Shown one piece after another: positions 12,591-25,282 of a stretch of 64,000 nt of DNA. Position 1 is the stretch's first letter. Every line of letters starts with the position of its first letter. The stretch comes from Eledone cirrhosa (lineage: Eukaryota): contig OZ024743.1 of assembly GCA_964016885.1 (NCBI GenBank), positions 297,290,001-297,354,000 on the forward strand, written 5' to 3'. The notes below the pieces were generated by a model. It ran no database searches, was not told the origin of the DNA, and was given only the letters and a program-made list of their open reading frames with translations. Position numbers and translations under genes: made by a program.

Positions 12591-13624
12591 AACTGCTGCT
12601 ATTACAATGCTATACAGTGATGTTGACAGGAGCTGAAGCAACCACCATTGCCAGACATAGCCAGCTATATGTGTCTGCTACTAACTAAAGAAGCCACATG
12701 CAATGATAACAATTCTCAAGAAAGAGCTTCTATGTGGTCATTTTTACCAGCTAGCAATAACAACAAAATCTGCTTTGAATCACACCTTACTGTCTTAAAT
12801 AAAGAGTGATACATTGGATAGTAGTGAAGGTATGTGTCTTTGAGAAAGACATTTCATTTCACATAGCTCCAGTATACTGAAGAGAAAATGAATGCCACCA
12901 GTAGTAGCAGCAGCAACACAACTGGGTGTTGACTGTGTGATGGACTGTTGTCCTGCCCAGTGGGGAATCGAGGAATCTTGTTGCTTAAAACCCAATGAAA
13001 CTAGGATAAGCTTTGGGTTGATGAGCCACTAGGCTTGAGAGAAACTATACATTGGACTGTGTAGTCCCTAATTTACAAAAAAACAAGATGAACACAACTG
13101 GAATGCTTTATGTCATAATCTGCCCAAACAAGTTTGACCTGGGAATTCTCTCACAACTTTGTGTTCAAACCGGCTGGAACAAGCCACTTATACTGATGTT
13201 AAGGTATTGTTCTCAAAATAAATAATATAAACATCTCATAGATTTGATATATGTGAGATAAAGCCTTTACCATGAAAATATGATAGTATATATAGAGTAA
13301 TGTAAATACTAAAAGGTTAATCAATGGAATGGTATATTTGGTAAAATAGAATATATGGTGGCTGAGTATTCCACGCACACATGTACCCTTAAGGTAATCC
13401 TCAAGGAGATTCCTCATGGCACAGTGTGTGACATGGCTGACCTTTTATTATTAAATAAAATAAAGTAGCAGAATTAGGAGAATGTTGGACAAGATGCTTT
13501 GTAGTATTTCATCTGGCTTGTGTTTTGATATCACTGTGGTTTATATAGCTGGAACTATTAATCTGTTGCTAAGTTTAATACTACCAATTGTCCAATAGGT
13601 GCCTTTCTAAGGCCTAAAGTCTGG

Positions 13625-13870
13625 TGTTTATCCTGGTTTCCATGGCATTAAGCGACTGAAACTACAAGACTCCTTCCTGGACAGGAGGCCACTTCATCGC
13701 AGAGTTAAAACCCCAACAACTTCTGGTACTCATTTTCAGCTGAGTATACTGGAACAACATGAAATAAACTGTTTTGCTCAAGAACACAACACACAATCCA
13801 GTCCAGGAATAAAACCCACAACATTATGATCGTAAGTCCAACACCCCAAGCACTAGGCCATGAACCTCCA
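13625..13870 (-). mobile_element. tRNA-derived CORE-type SINE with a different 3' tail
   Basis: TTGAGCAAAACAG...CAGCTGAAAATGAGTACC core. Related decayed copies at about 14205-14372 and 41115-41300. Confidence 0.65.
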
Positions 13871-14994
13871 CTAGTATATACCTTTAGCATAGTCAAATCT
13901 GTTGCAAGCACTTGGACCATGTCTCTGGTTTGAGGATACATTGTTCCCCCTTCCACATCTCTTGAAAACTCTGAAAAGGTTCATACACACTGCCTGTCTC
14001 TCTATGAAGAAACAATGAAAAACAACAAAAAATGGTAATTGTATAGACATGTTCTAGTGGAGGACATTGTATATTATTCCATTCTTAGTGGGTTGATATT
14101 TCAGCCTCTTTATAGTGGCTTAGTATGATTACAGATTAAATGATAAATTGGACACACACAATATACACACCCTTTTTTCTGTTTAAAGCCTATCACTCAG
14201 GAGCTTATTTCAGTTTCATATGGTGTTAGGCAACTGAGAGTACAAAATGGGGTGCCAGTCTGTTGCAGGGTTGAGACCTAGCTATTGCTGGTGTTTATAT
14301 TTTTGTTTGTTTTTGACTTTCAACTGAGTGAGCTGGAATAAAGTGAAATGAAGCATCTTACTTAAAGACTCAACAGTGTTTGAAGGCCATTTTCCCTCCT
14401 AAAGCATGAGGCTTTCAGGCCTCATGACAAGTTTCTCCATTTTGCCTTATCCTCTGTAGCCTCCCTTACCCACACCCCTTGCTTTCATTAAATCCCCCAT
14501 CATCTTTGACTATGACTTTCTTTATGGGTGTGAGGGAGGCAGGTATTCGTGAAGGCATTGTTTGACCTGTTAGAAATAGCAGCCAAATCTCTCTCAAACT
14601 AAACCTTATCATCTTAAAAAAATTACGCACTGGATAATATAGATATGGAAGGACATGGTTGAAATTCCTTTGATCATATGTCTACTTGCTGAGTAATTAC
14701 TTGGTGCTAAACAAAAACCAATATTTCATTTCATAATGTAGAGTTGAATACATCAAATTACAAGGATGATCAATATTTAAACATAAATTCTAGCTAATGA
14801 ATAAATGGTAGCTGTCTGATATTTCTGACAATACAGAAGCAGCATCACCCCCCAACAGTCAGAATATGTTGCTACAGTTTACGTTTGTTGGAGAACTGAT
14901 TGAGAGTTATGATGATATGAAGATAATCCAAGCTAGAACTAATTGAAGCCATCTTGGGTGGATGTTGGAATTATCAAAGGAAAACCTGATAATC

Positions 14995-15385
14995 AAAGCC
15001 TTCTCTCTCAGAGTGAAAGGTAGACTGTATGATGCCAGTGTGCGAACCGCAATACTACATGGCAGTGAAACATGGGCCTTGACTACAGAAGACCTGTGAA
15101 GGCTGGAAAGAAATGAAGTGAGCATACTTTGATGCATGTGTAATGTTAGTGTGCATGAATGATGTAGCATAAGACTTTACATATGACGAATTGGATGTAG
15201 TGTGGACATGGAATGCATATGGAAGAGAGCAGCTACATAAAGAAATAATGAAAAATCCTAATGTGTGGGAGCCCTGAAAGAGGAGGACCCAGGAAAAGTT
15301 GGGATGAGGTAGTGAAGACCGACCATAAGAAACTAATTCTCACAACAGAGATGATGAAGGACCACAAAGGTTGGCGCTATGCTGT
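14995..15385 (+). mobile_element. Decayed RTE-clade LINE 3' fragment
   Basis: KGRLYDASVRTAILHGSETWAL ... RGGPRKSWDEVVKTD. Same family as 190-494. Confidence 0.8.
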
Positions 15386-15799
15386 ACTGATGAACCAAAC
15401 CACAAGCATACAATGTAACCTGATCCACCCCTACCCCTCTTCCTTCCACTAACACACCCCAGCAGCTATTCTCACCACCACTGCACCCCACTATCCATGC
15501 CCCCTCAAGTGCTACTCCTTAGCTACCCCCCTCTAAAGCCTTTAGATACTCTCACTATAGCACCTTAGGAGCTACTCTCTCTACTCTTGTACCCCCTCCA
15601 CCACCACCCCTTAGCTCTTTCTCAATCACAACCCTCTACTGCATGTTATTGACTACACCATCAACACAACCTCTCTGCCTTTATATGATCAGTCACCTCT
15701 TTCCCTTACTCATCACCCTGTCAAATCAACACACTTGCCATACACCCATAACTTCATAACTATCTCCCTTCTCCTCTCACCTCTCCCAAATTTACACAG

Positions 15800-16300
15800 A
15801 GTAGGGAGGGCTCTTCAGTTGGGATTATGACCAACAACCTTTCTAGTGTTAGTGCCATAAAAATGCACCTAGTATACCCTGTAAGGTGGTTGATGATAGG
15901 AAGGGCACCCCACTGTATAATCTAAAAGAGTTGAGAAGATCCCCCCCCCAAGTTATGTCAATAGCACAACAACCATTCTAGAATTGGTGATCTACATGAT
16001 AAATGCACCCAGTATATGCTGTAAAGTAGGGGGTGATAGGAAGGGCATCCAGCCCTAGAAAGCTTGTCAAACAAAGGGTTGGAAGGACACTTCAGTTGTA
16101 TCAAGGACATGACAACCTCCCTAGCATTGGTGATCTACTTGATAAAAGCACCCAGTACAAACTGTAAAGAGGTTGGTGATATGAAGGGCATCCAGTCATA
16201 GAAAGCTTGCCAAACAAAAGGCTGGAAGGACCATTCAATTGTGTTAAAGACATGATAATCTCTCTAGTGATGGTGCCACACAATAAAATGTACTTAGTAG
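15800..16300 (+). repeat. Degenerate tandem repeat of about 140 bp, about 3.5 copies
   Basis: AAGGGCA(T/C)CC at 15901, 16041 and about 16184. A related unit lies at 10720-10910. Confidence 0.8.
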
Positions 16301-17324
16301 AACGTGGAACTGTAAGCATGCAAGATGTAAATTCCTGACCTGTCTAGAAGTTCAGTAGCTCCACTTCAGTACTGTAGACCTGGTCAACCCTTGCTAGCAG
16401 GGAAAGTAGTCATTAAAGGATGAGGATGTCTTGACTGTCACAGGTGTCCTGGATCAGTGAAAAAGCAAGGTCAGTACATCTGGGAGAGACAACCAGGTGC
16501 AGTGGCTGTCAAGAGAATTAGTAATGCTTATTTTCATTTGTAAGTTTGATTGGTTGTCATTGACTCCTTATTAAGAACATACACCTTTGTAGATAGGTAT
16601 TGCTTTTTGTCCATCTATCCTTCACTAACCAGAGTGAGACCCCGGATTGATGTTGTTGACTTGGAGTGTGTAAAAGAAAATAAAGAGCTGGTGGGATTGA
16701 ACTTGATTCTTTATGGCTACATTTTCTTTAACCCCAGTTTGGTTCATAGGGAATATGTTCTTACTGGGGTATTTCTTTTTATCATCATTAAAATAGGTAT
16801 TTGGGCTCTTTGTATTTCCCATAAGGCCTTAGATTATACACCTGCAAAGACCCTCTCCAAAGTACAGGCCTGGACAAGGCTTTTTATGGAAAACACGAAG
16901 TCCCTTATGCATACATATCTCCACTCTCTATTTGGTCCTTTACACTTTGAGGTAAACTCAGTATGTAAAGGACCAAAAGAGATGTCATAAGGAATCCCTT
17001 TCAATGCTTTAACAATCCTCCCAATCTACATTGAACCTGTATTTTATTTATCAGCCTCAAATGGATGAAAAGCAATACTGACTTTAATAATATTTGAATT
17101 CAAAGTGATGAGAGCTTGAACAAATATTGTGTAGCATTTAAACCAATTTGTCACTTTACCTTAGGATATATAAATACAATAATAACTCTGCATGTAATAA
17201 AAAAAATTATGAGTTCAAATTCCAACACATGTACTTATATAACATGTAAGGTACATGACAAGTTTTTTTTATCAAATCATAAATTACACACACACATGCA
17301 AACAAGCACACATACACACACACA

Positions 17325-17451
<127 letters not shown>

Positions 17452-18202
17452 ATACACACACACATGCATGCGTGCAGACACGTAATGAACCTAAAATGTA
17501 TAGATTTGGTAATAAGGTATCGATAATTTCTCAAAGTGAGTCTTTTATTAAAATATGTTTTCTGTATAGTGTATGATTAAATAATGACGAACATCAGGCA
17601 CCCTGGTAAATACCATGGTTGGCACCATTTCAGACCGGTCTAAGACTTCAGTGTCAGTCAAATAAATCAACAGCATATTTTACAAATACCACACTAACCT
17701 TATAGCAACACACTAGTACTGCTTCAAGCGAAAAGGGTGTGAACGACTAACATACAAATGGAGGTAACTCTCGCATCCATATTACATGTAATTGATGAGA
17801 GTTATTTTCCTTCTTTCAACTTTAATTTGAAGGACAACCTGATTAATTTCTGTGATTTTATTGTAAAAAAATGTGTCTTTTGTAGTTATGAAAAGGGAAA
17901 AGGAAGGGAAAAGCAAGGGTCACAGAAGAATGGGAAGGAGATGAGTGAGGGTGATGGGCTCTAAGCCTAGGGCGCGGGGATTATGGTTGCGTCCCGTGGA
18001 CAATGACGAAAATAAAAAAATAATATTCTAAAATAAAAAAAAAAATATTTATACAAGATTCCAACGTGTGATGAATTTGCTGATTTTGGATTTGTGCATA
18101 TATTTTTTTACGTTTTAATAAAAATGTAATCTGATGTAAAGATGAAAATTCGAAGTAGGTCGATGTTAATTATTCAATACTAATTATGTTTCTTTCTACC
18201 GT

Positions 18203-18750
18203 TATACCATTTCAACGACCTCAGTTTGCTCAGGAAGTTCTCTGAATTTGGATACAATATTGTCTGCATACCTGGTTCTGACTTGCTTATCCACATACAC
18301 TTCCCACTTTATCCTGTAGATCACCCTGGACCTGCCAGTTTTGTGGGCTTCTTTAGCTCCAAACAAGAAATCCGAATACAGATCCTTCCTTGAAGTCACT
18401 GCAGCGTTAGATGTAGTTAAGGCTGAGTCATATATCTTGATGGGAGACTTCAATGCACATGTTGTCACTGGCCACCTGACATGGAAAGGGGTGATTCGAA
18501 GGAATCGCAAACCCGATCTAAATACGAATGGAGAGACCTTGCTAGACTTCTGTTCTAGCAATGGACTCTCTTTTATGAACACCTTCTTCCAGCACAGAGA
18601 CATCCATAAATATACATGGTTTAGGTAGACAGAGATCAATAATTGATTTTGTTATTGTCTTTGATCTCTTCGATTTTGTGCTGGATGTTCGTGTTAAGAG
18701 AGGGGCTGAGCCGTCAACTGATCACCATCTGGTTATCTGCAACTTGAGAC
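18203..18750. mobile_element. RTE APE-domain fragment with internal inversion
   Basis: Plus strand 18358-18750 reads APNKK..LMGDFNAHV..NGETLLDFC..STDHHLVICNLR. Minus strand 18357-18203 reads AKEAHKTGRSRVIYRIKWE, the direct continuation. Confidence 0.85.
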
Positions 18751-19312
18751 CCCAACCCATGCTATTTATTTTGTAGTATATGGGATTTCTTGTAAAGTTC
18801 TTTTTTTTTGTTGTCATGTATAATGTTTTTTTTATATTTAAAGAAAATTAATTATTGCAGGAATGCTTCGACTTAAAATAAAATTTCGCCAGAGATAGAT
18901 TAGCAAAATGTAATAAGCGGGGTGGTTGGAAAAAGATCGAAAAATTTATAAGCGGAAGGGGGGGGGGGGGGGGGGGGGGTATTATTCGAAGCTTTTTTAA
19001 GTGAGCAAAGGCTTAGCACGGGGACAATCCCACGCTCTGAACATCGAATGTATTTCCCCAAAAGTAGAACTGGATGCACACGAAGTGCAAGGTTTTATAT
19101 CAGAGTTACGTTCTAGAGAGATCTATTAATGAAGATTAGGCGTCTCCCGCTCAACAAAAATAAAAGAAAAAACTTTATTGGATGGTCGGGTTGTCGGCGA
19201 CTAAACCGGCAACCAGACTAGGCTTGCTTGGTGGGGTTGGTGATTTAGGACACCCTGCGGGATGAAAAACAAAACCCGTCAAAGGGTGGAGGAACTCAGG
19301 AGAGTCACCATA

Positions 19313-19835
19313 CATACATGATGGCTGCCCCCTCGTTATCGAGTATGGCCATTGCATGATATACCATTATTAATAATTATTAATTAATTCAAGGGCGGTG
19401 AATTGGCAGTATCGGTAGAGGGTCGGACGCTATGCTTTGCAGCATAGAGTTACGTCCCTTTATGAACTGAGTTCAAATCCCGCCGAGGTTAACTTTGCTT
19501 TCATCCTTACAGGGTCGATAAAATAAAGTACCAGTAATGTACTGGGTAATTGCTGGCCTTGTGCCTAAAGTAGAAACAATTAATTAATTCTATCGTGCAA
19601 TGCCTGTGCGTGAAGATATTTTTTTAAGTGATGAAAGACTGTGCACTGAGCCAATCCCACTCTCTGAGCAACAGTAGCTATAACCCGAAAAGAAAAATAG
19701 ATCAACATCATCGGTAACTACTGAGCCGCAGGTTTTATATCGGAGTTATCCTAGTTTCATGAGTTGTCTTCTCCTAGAAGAATGCCCTGACAAAGGCTAG
19801 GGGTCCTTCACTCCCAGTGGTTTAACCGCGCGGTA
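19313..19835 (-). mobile_element. Non-autonomous bipartite RTE-derived element (family Ra), interrupted by a SINE
   Basis: Minus strand has RTE 5'UTR-like GGGCATTCTTCTAGGAGAAGACAACTC...CACTTAAAA joined to the 3' end CTCGATAACGAGGGGGCAGCCATC(ATGT)n. An uninterrupted copy lies at 33455-33712. Confidence 0.7.
19391..19578 (+). mobile_element. SINE family S1
   Basis: Same sequence as 1513-1700. 12-bp TSD ATTAATTAATTC at 19379 and 19579. Confidence 0.92.
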
Positions 19836-20351
19836 CATATGTATATACATATTTACACAGTTTTGGATGGTCGTTGACTCTTCCGCCCTTTGTTAGGTTT
19901 TGTTTTTTGTCTTGCAGGGTGTCCAAAATCACCCTCCTCACCAAGTACGACAGGTTGTACTGGATTACATGTTACCAGTAGCACTCAAGAGTGACCCGAC
20001 ATACATACTTACATGCATATGTACATCATACATGATGTTGTCTACTCGATTTCGATTTTAATAACGAGTCAGCTCCCGTCGCCACTGTCCCGTCGCCATA
20101 AGACCTAAGACACAAGGTTTGTAAGCAAGAAAATATTACCAGCACTTCATTGGATTTAAGTGTCATGTGCTTGTGCAACACACATACATCCCTCTGAGTA
20201 TTTGCTATAGTAATTCAATGACAATATATAAATAAAGATGACTGGCGATAATTGCAACTGTATGTTTTATTATCTCGGTATTTGACCTTTCCGACACAGA
20301 TGCATGGATGGATAATAAAAAAAAAAGTGACATACATTCAGATATGGTAAT

Positions 20352-20545
20352 AATAATTGTTTCTACTTTTGGCACAAAGCCAGCAATTATCCAATACATT
20401 ACTGGTACTTTATTTTATCGACCCCGTAAGGATGAAAGGCAAAGTTAACTTCGGCGGGATTTGAACTCAGACCATAAAGGGCCGTAACTCTCTGCTGCAA
20501 AGCATGGCGTCAGACCCTCTACCGATACTGCCAATCCACCGCCCC
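20352..20545 (-). mobile_element. SINE family S1
   Basis: Reverse-complement copy in an AAT-rich site. Confidence 0.9.
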
Positions 20546-20554
20546 TATGAAAAT

Positions 20555-21519
20555 AATAATATCGTTAGGATAGCAATTGATCCTGAAGACGGACGGGAAG
20601 TATAAGACATTGGCAGGCTTTTCTTAACACTCGAAAAAAACAAAATGGAAATGGACTAGTTCACTGAGAAGGTTATACATAGATACTTAAAACGAAAAAT
20701 GCAGATCATAGAGAGGACAAACCATACTATAAATCTAGTACTGAGTTCATAACATCCTACTTTGAAAGATATATTCATGTAGTCCGGGAACAAGAAATCC
20801 CCAACTGTACTTACTACACGAAAGAGAAAAGTCATTAGTTAACAATAAATGTAGGCTGCGCAAAACGAATATCGAAAATGTTAGCCACATTATTGCCAAC
20901 TGTAAAAGAATGTCCTCTCGTTACTGCTTCACCATGAGGCGTGATATGGTAACCAGAGAAATTTGAAGACGAACATTAAAACAAATAGGGAGGAATATGT
21001 TGAGACTGATGGCTTAAAGGAATACTGGTGGAACCTAGAAACATAAACTGTTACCAAATTAAAACACAACTGGCTTGATATTGTTTTTGGGACCACACAT
21101 TAAAATCATGCTCTGTTGTAAGAGTCAGCCGCCCACTCGATATCAATGTAATAAGAAAAATGGAAGAGAATGAAGATCCCTACGTACTACTGATGAGGAG
21201 CCTGTAGATCAAGTTCTCAAGATACATGTTCAGCTTCATACCTATACCAAATTCAGTCATACTTTGGTTCAGGTGGGAACAACCCACCTGAACCAAAGTA
21301 TGACTGAATTTGGATTTGTGAAGAAAGAACGTAACTCTTTAATTCATAAGCTACAAATGGTCTTGATTTCTGGAACCTTCAAATTCTGTGAAACATTCTA
21401 ACGATTCAGAAGATGAATGCTTACACAAGGGTCCACGAGCATTTCCTTTTTTTTTTACAACCTTGCCACTGGGAAGTTGGCCGATTAAAAATAAACTCAA
21501 CATTAAGAGAAAGAGAAAA
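20555..21519 (+). mobile_element. Old decayed Dong/R4 family A 3' fragment
   Basis: Colinear with 23790-24752 (NKCRLRKTNIENVSHII, EYWWNL, KLKHN). 3' end ...TTAAGAGAAAGAGAAAA. Confidence 0.85.
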
Positions 21520-21910
21520 CATGATGGCTGCAAACCCGTGTTCGAGCATTGCCATCGTCTGATAAAATGCTAAAGAATGTGAGGCACGAATGTGACTCTT
21601 TAAACCAGCCAAAGACTTGCACCCTCTGGCACATATATGGCAACTGTAGGCCCCTCCGAGACTTTCCATTGTTTTGTTCTGGCTGTGTGTTCTCATGTGT
21701 CTTTTGAGACCTCCCACGCTAACACATTCCTTGCCACATTCCTTACACCTTTTCAGATCATAATCTACATGAGGTCTACTGATATGACTCTGTTCGTGTC
21801 TAGCCAAACCAGCTTTACTCAGGCAGACTCGACTACAGTGCTCGCAAACCAGATGATGTTCAACAGCAGTCAGTTCAGAACAGTCTCTTTTCCTTACCTT
21901 CCTTTTCAAC
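21520..21910 (-). mobile_element. RTE-clade 3' end encoding three C2H2 zinc fingers
   Basis: CEHCSRVCLSKAGLARHEQSH, CKECGKECVSVGGLKRHMRTH and CHICARGCKSLAGLKSHIRASH, followed by a 3' hairpin and GCAGCCATCATG. Confidence 0.7.
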
Positions 21911-22000
21911 TGGAAAGCTGGCCAGTTAAAAATAAACTCAACATTAAGAGAAAGAGAAAACATATATACATGCATGCATGCATGCATACATACATACATA

Positions 22001-22376
22001 CATGGTGGCTGCCAACTCGTTTTCGAGTACGGCCACTACTTTATATCCATGTAGGAGAACTCCTACCGATGGGCTGAACGAGTGTGACTTTTTAGTCCGG
22101 CCAGCGACTTGAAAACTCTGGTACAAACACTACACTTGTGACAATTATTGACACATAGTGCTGGGCCCATGGTACCATGTGACGACAAGTGCAGAGAGAT
22201 CTCCAGATATAAAGCAATGCCTGTACCGTGAAGCTTTTATAGTGAGCAAAGACACTGCACAAAGTCAGTCCCACTCTCTTAACCAAGATGATATTTACCA
22301 AAAAGAAGAACAAGTCAACATCATTGGATACCATCAGAGTTGCAGGTGTTATATCAGAGTTTTCATTCTCCTAGAA
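22001..22376 (-). mobile_element. Non-autonomous bipartite RTE-derived element (family Rb)
   Basis: Minus strand TTCTAGGAGAATGAAAACTCTGATATAACACC ... CTCGAAAACGAGTTGGCAGCCACC(ATGT)n. A second copy lies at 24908-25197. Confidence 0.7.
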
Positions 22377-22445
22377 TACATACATACATACATACATACA
22401 TACATACATACATACATACATACATACATACATACATACATACAT

Positions 22446-24752
22446 GTCAGAAAATGTCGAATAGGAAATCGCCAGGCCCAGACCTCATTACAGGATACTG
22501 GTTGAAGAATTTCACTTTCTATCGGCAAGATCTCATACGGCTGTTTACAGAAACCATTAAAGGCACACAAGAACTGCCCAGATGGTTATCAACTGCCACT
22601 ACTCTCCTCATTCCACAAAATAGCCAAACCACCCTTGCTAAAAATTACCGCCCAATAGCCTGCCAAAACATCATGTATAAATTATATACTGGGTGCCTTA
22701 ACCTGTTCTTACAGGATCACTGTGCTATCAAAAACATCATAACACCTGAGAAAGCTGGTGGAAAGAGGGAGGTGTGGGGTTGCATAGATCACCTACTAAC
22801 TAACAAAATGATTCAGAATCGCAGAAACATGACTGTGGTGTGGCTGGACTATCAAAAAGCATTTGATAGTGTACCTCATGGGTGGATTATTAAGGCTTTA
22901 CAGTTAGCCAAAGTCCCACAACCATTGGTAGCTGCTGTTGAACGTCTGACCAAGAACTGGTACACCAATTTGATCCTTAGAGGTGAGAAGGAACAAGTTA
23001 AGACTGATAAGATACATTACCAGAAGGGCATCTTTCAGGGTGATAGCTTGTCAGTGCTACTCTTCGTTCTCTCACTGAATCCACTATCTTACCTTCTCAG
23101 GAAACAAGGTGGACAAAGAAGTGGGTCCAGAAGTATCTGCCATCTTTTCTTTGTTGATGACCTGAAGTTGTATGGGCCAAATATTAATGACATCAAGAAA
23201 CAATTGGACCTCATTACACAATTTTCAACCGACATCAAAATGAAATTTGGTGAGTCCAAGTGTGCATATTTGGCAGTAAAACGTGGAAGAGCTGTGCCCT
23301 CCTCTAGAAATCTAGAGATGAATGGCCTGACAATACAACCTCTACAGTCAGGTGACAACTACAGATATCTTGGACAGGATGAGAATCTCAGATATGATGG
23401 ACCCATAAATAAGGAGAGAACCAGAACTGAATACCTCAGAAGAGTAAAGAAAATATGGTCATCAGAACTGTCAGCGTACAACAAATACATTGCCCACAAT
23501 ACTTATGCTGTGCCAATTCTAACGCCAACATTTGGCCTACTGAACTGGTCATTGCAAGAACTAAGTGAGATGGATGTTAGAACTCGAAAACTTCTCAGTG
23601 TTACTGGGAACTTTAACATCAATGGTGATGTGGATAGGCTATACTTCTCACGCAAGGAAGGTGGCCGGGGTCTAAAATCAATATTAACAACATATGAGAC
23701 CCGGATAGTGACACTGAAGCAACACCTTCAACAGAGGAAAAAGGTTGGCAACCATCTTGCCCAGGTTTATGACCATGAAAAAAGAAATATCATTAGAATA
23801 GCGACTGATCTGGAGGAGAGATATGGAATAAAGCCTGATATAAATCTCTCACCCAGAGAAATCGGAAGATCCTATTCAATGTTCAAACAAGATAAAAAAA
23901 TTGACCAATTTACAGAAAAAGTTGTGCATGGATACTTGAGGCGTAAAACACAGACCATAGAGGGGATAAACCACTCAAAAAGCCTGGCATGGAGTTCCGA
24001 CAAGTTTATGACATCACACCTTGAGGGATATCTCTATGCAATACAGGAACAAGAACTCCCTACCAAATATCTGCTGCACAAAAGAGGAGGGCCAGCAGCT
24101 GACAATAAATGTAGGCTATGTAAAACAAAGATCGAGGATGTAAGCCACATTGTTGCCAGCTGCGAAAGAATGTCATCTCGCTACTACCTCCCCATGAGAC
24201 ACGATGGGATAGCTAGAACCATCTGGAACGCACTTCGGAAAACAAAATTAACAGCAAACGAGGAAGAATATATTGAGACAGATGGCACTAAGGAATACTG
24301 GTGGAACCTGAAAATAAAAACTGCCACCAAATTAAAGCACAACCGGCCTGATATTGTAGTTTGGGACCACACATTCTGTTGTGGAGATCAGCTGCCCACT
24401 TGATGTAAACGTTGTCAGAAAAATACAGGAGAAGGAGGACATCTGCGGACCATTGATGAGGAGTTTACAAATCCAGTATCCAAGATACACCTTTAGCTTC
24501 ATACCTATCATTATTGGTGCTACGGGTTATATACCAACCCGCTTGGACCAAAGTATGACTGAACTTGGATTTGCGGACAAAAAGCGCAGCTCCCTAATTC
24601 ATAGTCTACAAATGGCTGTGATAGCTGGCACCTTCAAAATTTGCAAAACATTCTTGCGATTCAAGGGATGACAATTTCTTTTCTTTTACAACCTTGCCAC
24701 CAGGAAGGTGGCCGGTCAAAAAAATATACTCGAAATTAAGAGAAAGAGATAA
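22446..24752 (+). mobile_element. R4/Dong-clade RLE non-LTR retrotransposon, family A, 5'-truncated
   Basis: KSPGPD, NYRPIAC, WLDYQKAFDSVPH, GIFQGDSLS, FFVDDLKLY (RT); CRLCKTKIEDVSHIVASC knuckle; RHD; HNRPDIVVWD..EISCP (RLE). Flanked by (CATA)n on both sides. Confidence 0.93.
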
Positions 24753-24786
24753 CATACATACATACATACATACATACATACATACA

Positions 24787-24816
<30 letters not shown>

Positions 24817-24817
<1 letters not shown>

Positions 24818-24880
24818 TACAACCTTGCCACCAGGAAGGTGGCCGGTCAAAAATATACTCGAAATTAAGAGAAAGAGATA
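24817..24880 (+). mobile_element. Dong family A extreme 3'UTR fragment
   Basis: Repeat of 24686-24750 between CATA tracts. A similar stub lies at 21908-21960. Confidence 0.85.
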
Positions 24881-24907
24881 TACATACATACATACATACA
24901 TACATAC

Positions 24908-25197
24908 ATGGTGGCTGCCAACTCGTTTTCGAGTACGGCCACTACTTTATATCCATGTAGGAGAACCCCTACCGATGCGCTGAACGAGTGTGACTTTTTA
25001 GTCCAGCCAGCGACTTGAAAACTCTGGTACAAACACTACACTTGTGACAATTATTGACACATAGTGCTGGGCTCATGGTACCATGTGACGACAAGTGCAG
25101 AGAGATCTCCAGATATAAAGCAATGCCTGTGCCGTGAAGCTTTTATAGTGAGCAAAGGCACTGCACAAAGCCAGTCCCACTCTCTTAACCAAGATGA
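24908..25197 (-). mobile_element. RTE-derived element, family Rb, 5'-truncated
   Basis: Near-identical to 22001-22291. CATA tracts on both sides. Confidence 0.75.
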
Positions 25198-25249
25198 TAC
25201 ATACATACATACATACATACATACATACATACATACATACATACATACA

Positions 25250-25279
<30 letters not shown>

Positions 25280-25282
<3 letters not shown>

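Noticed and set aside
11592-12641. Poly-His/Tyr/Val ORFs
   Set aside because: Translation of triplet microsatellites.
16550-16990. 146-aa ORF
   Set aside because: TTG start, no recognisable motif, no splice support.
21421-21999. Host C2H2 zinc-finger gene
   Set aside because: Starts in a microsatellite and Dong stub, lacks TGEKP linkers, and ends in a retroposon-type hairpin.
22340-22445. IHTY-repeat N-terminus of the 687-aa ORF
   Set aside because: Read-through of the (CATA)n target. The element starts at about 22446.
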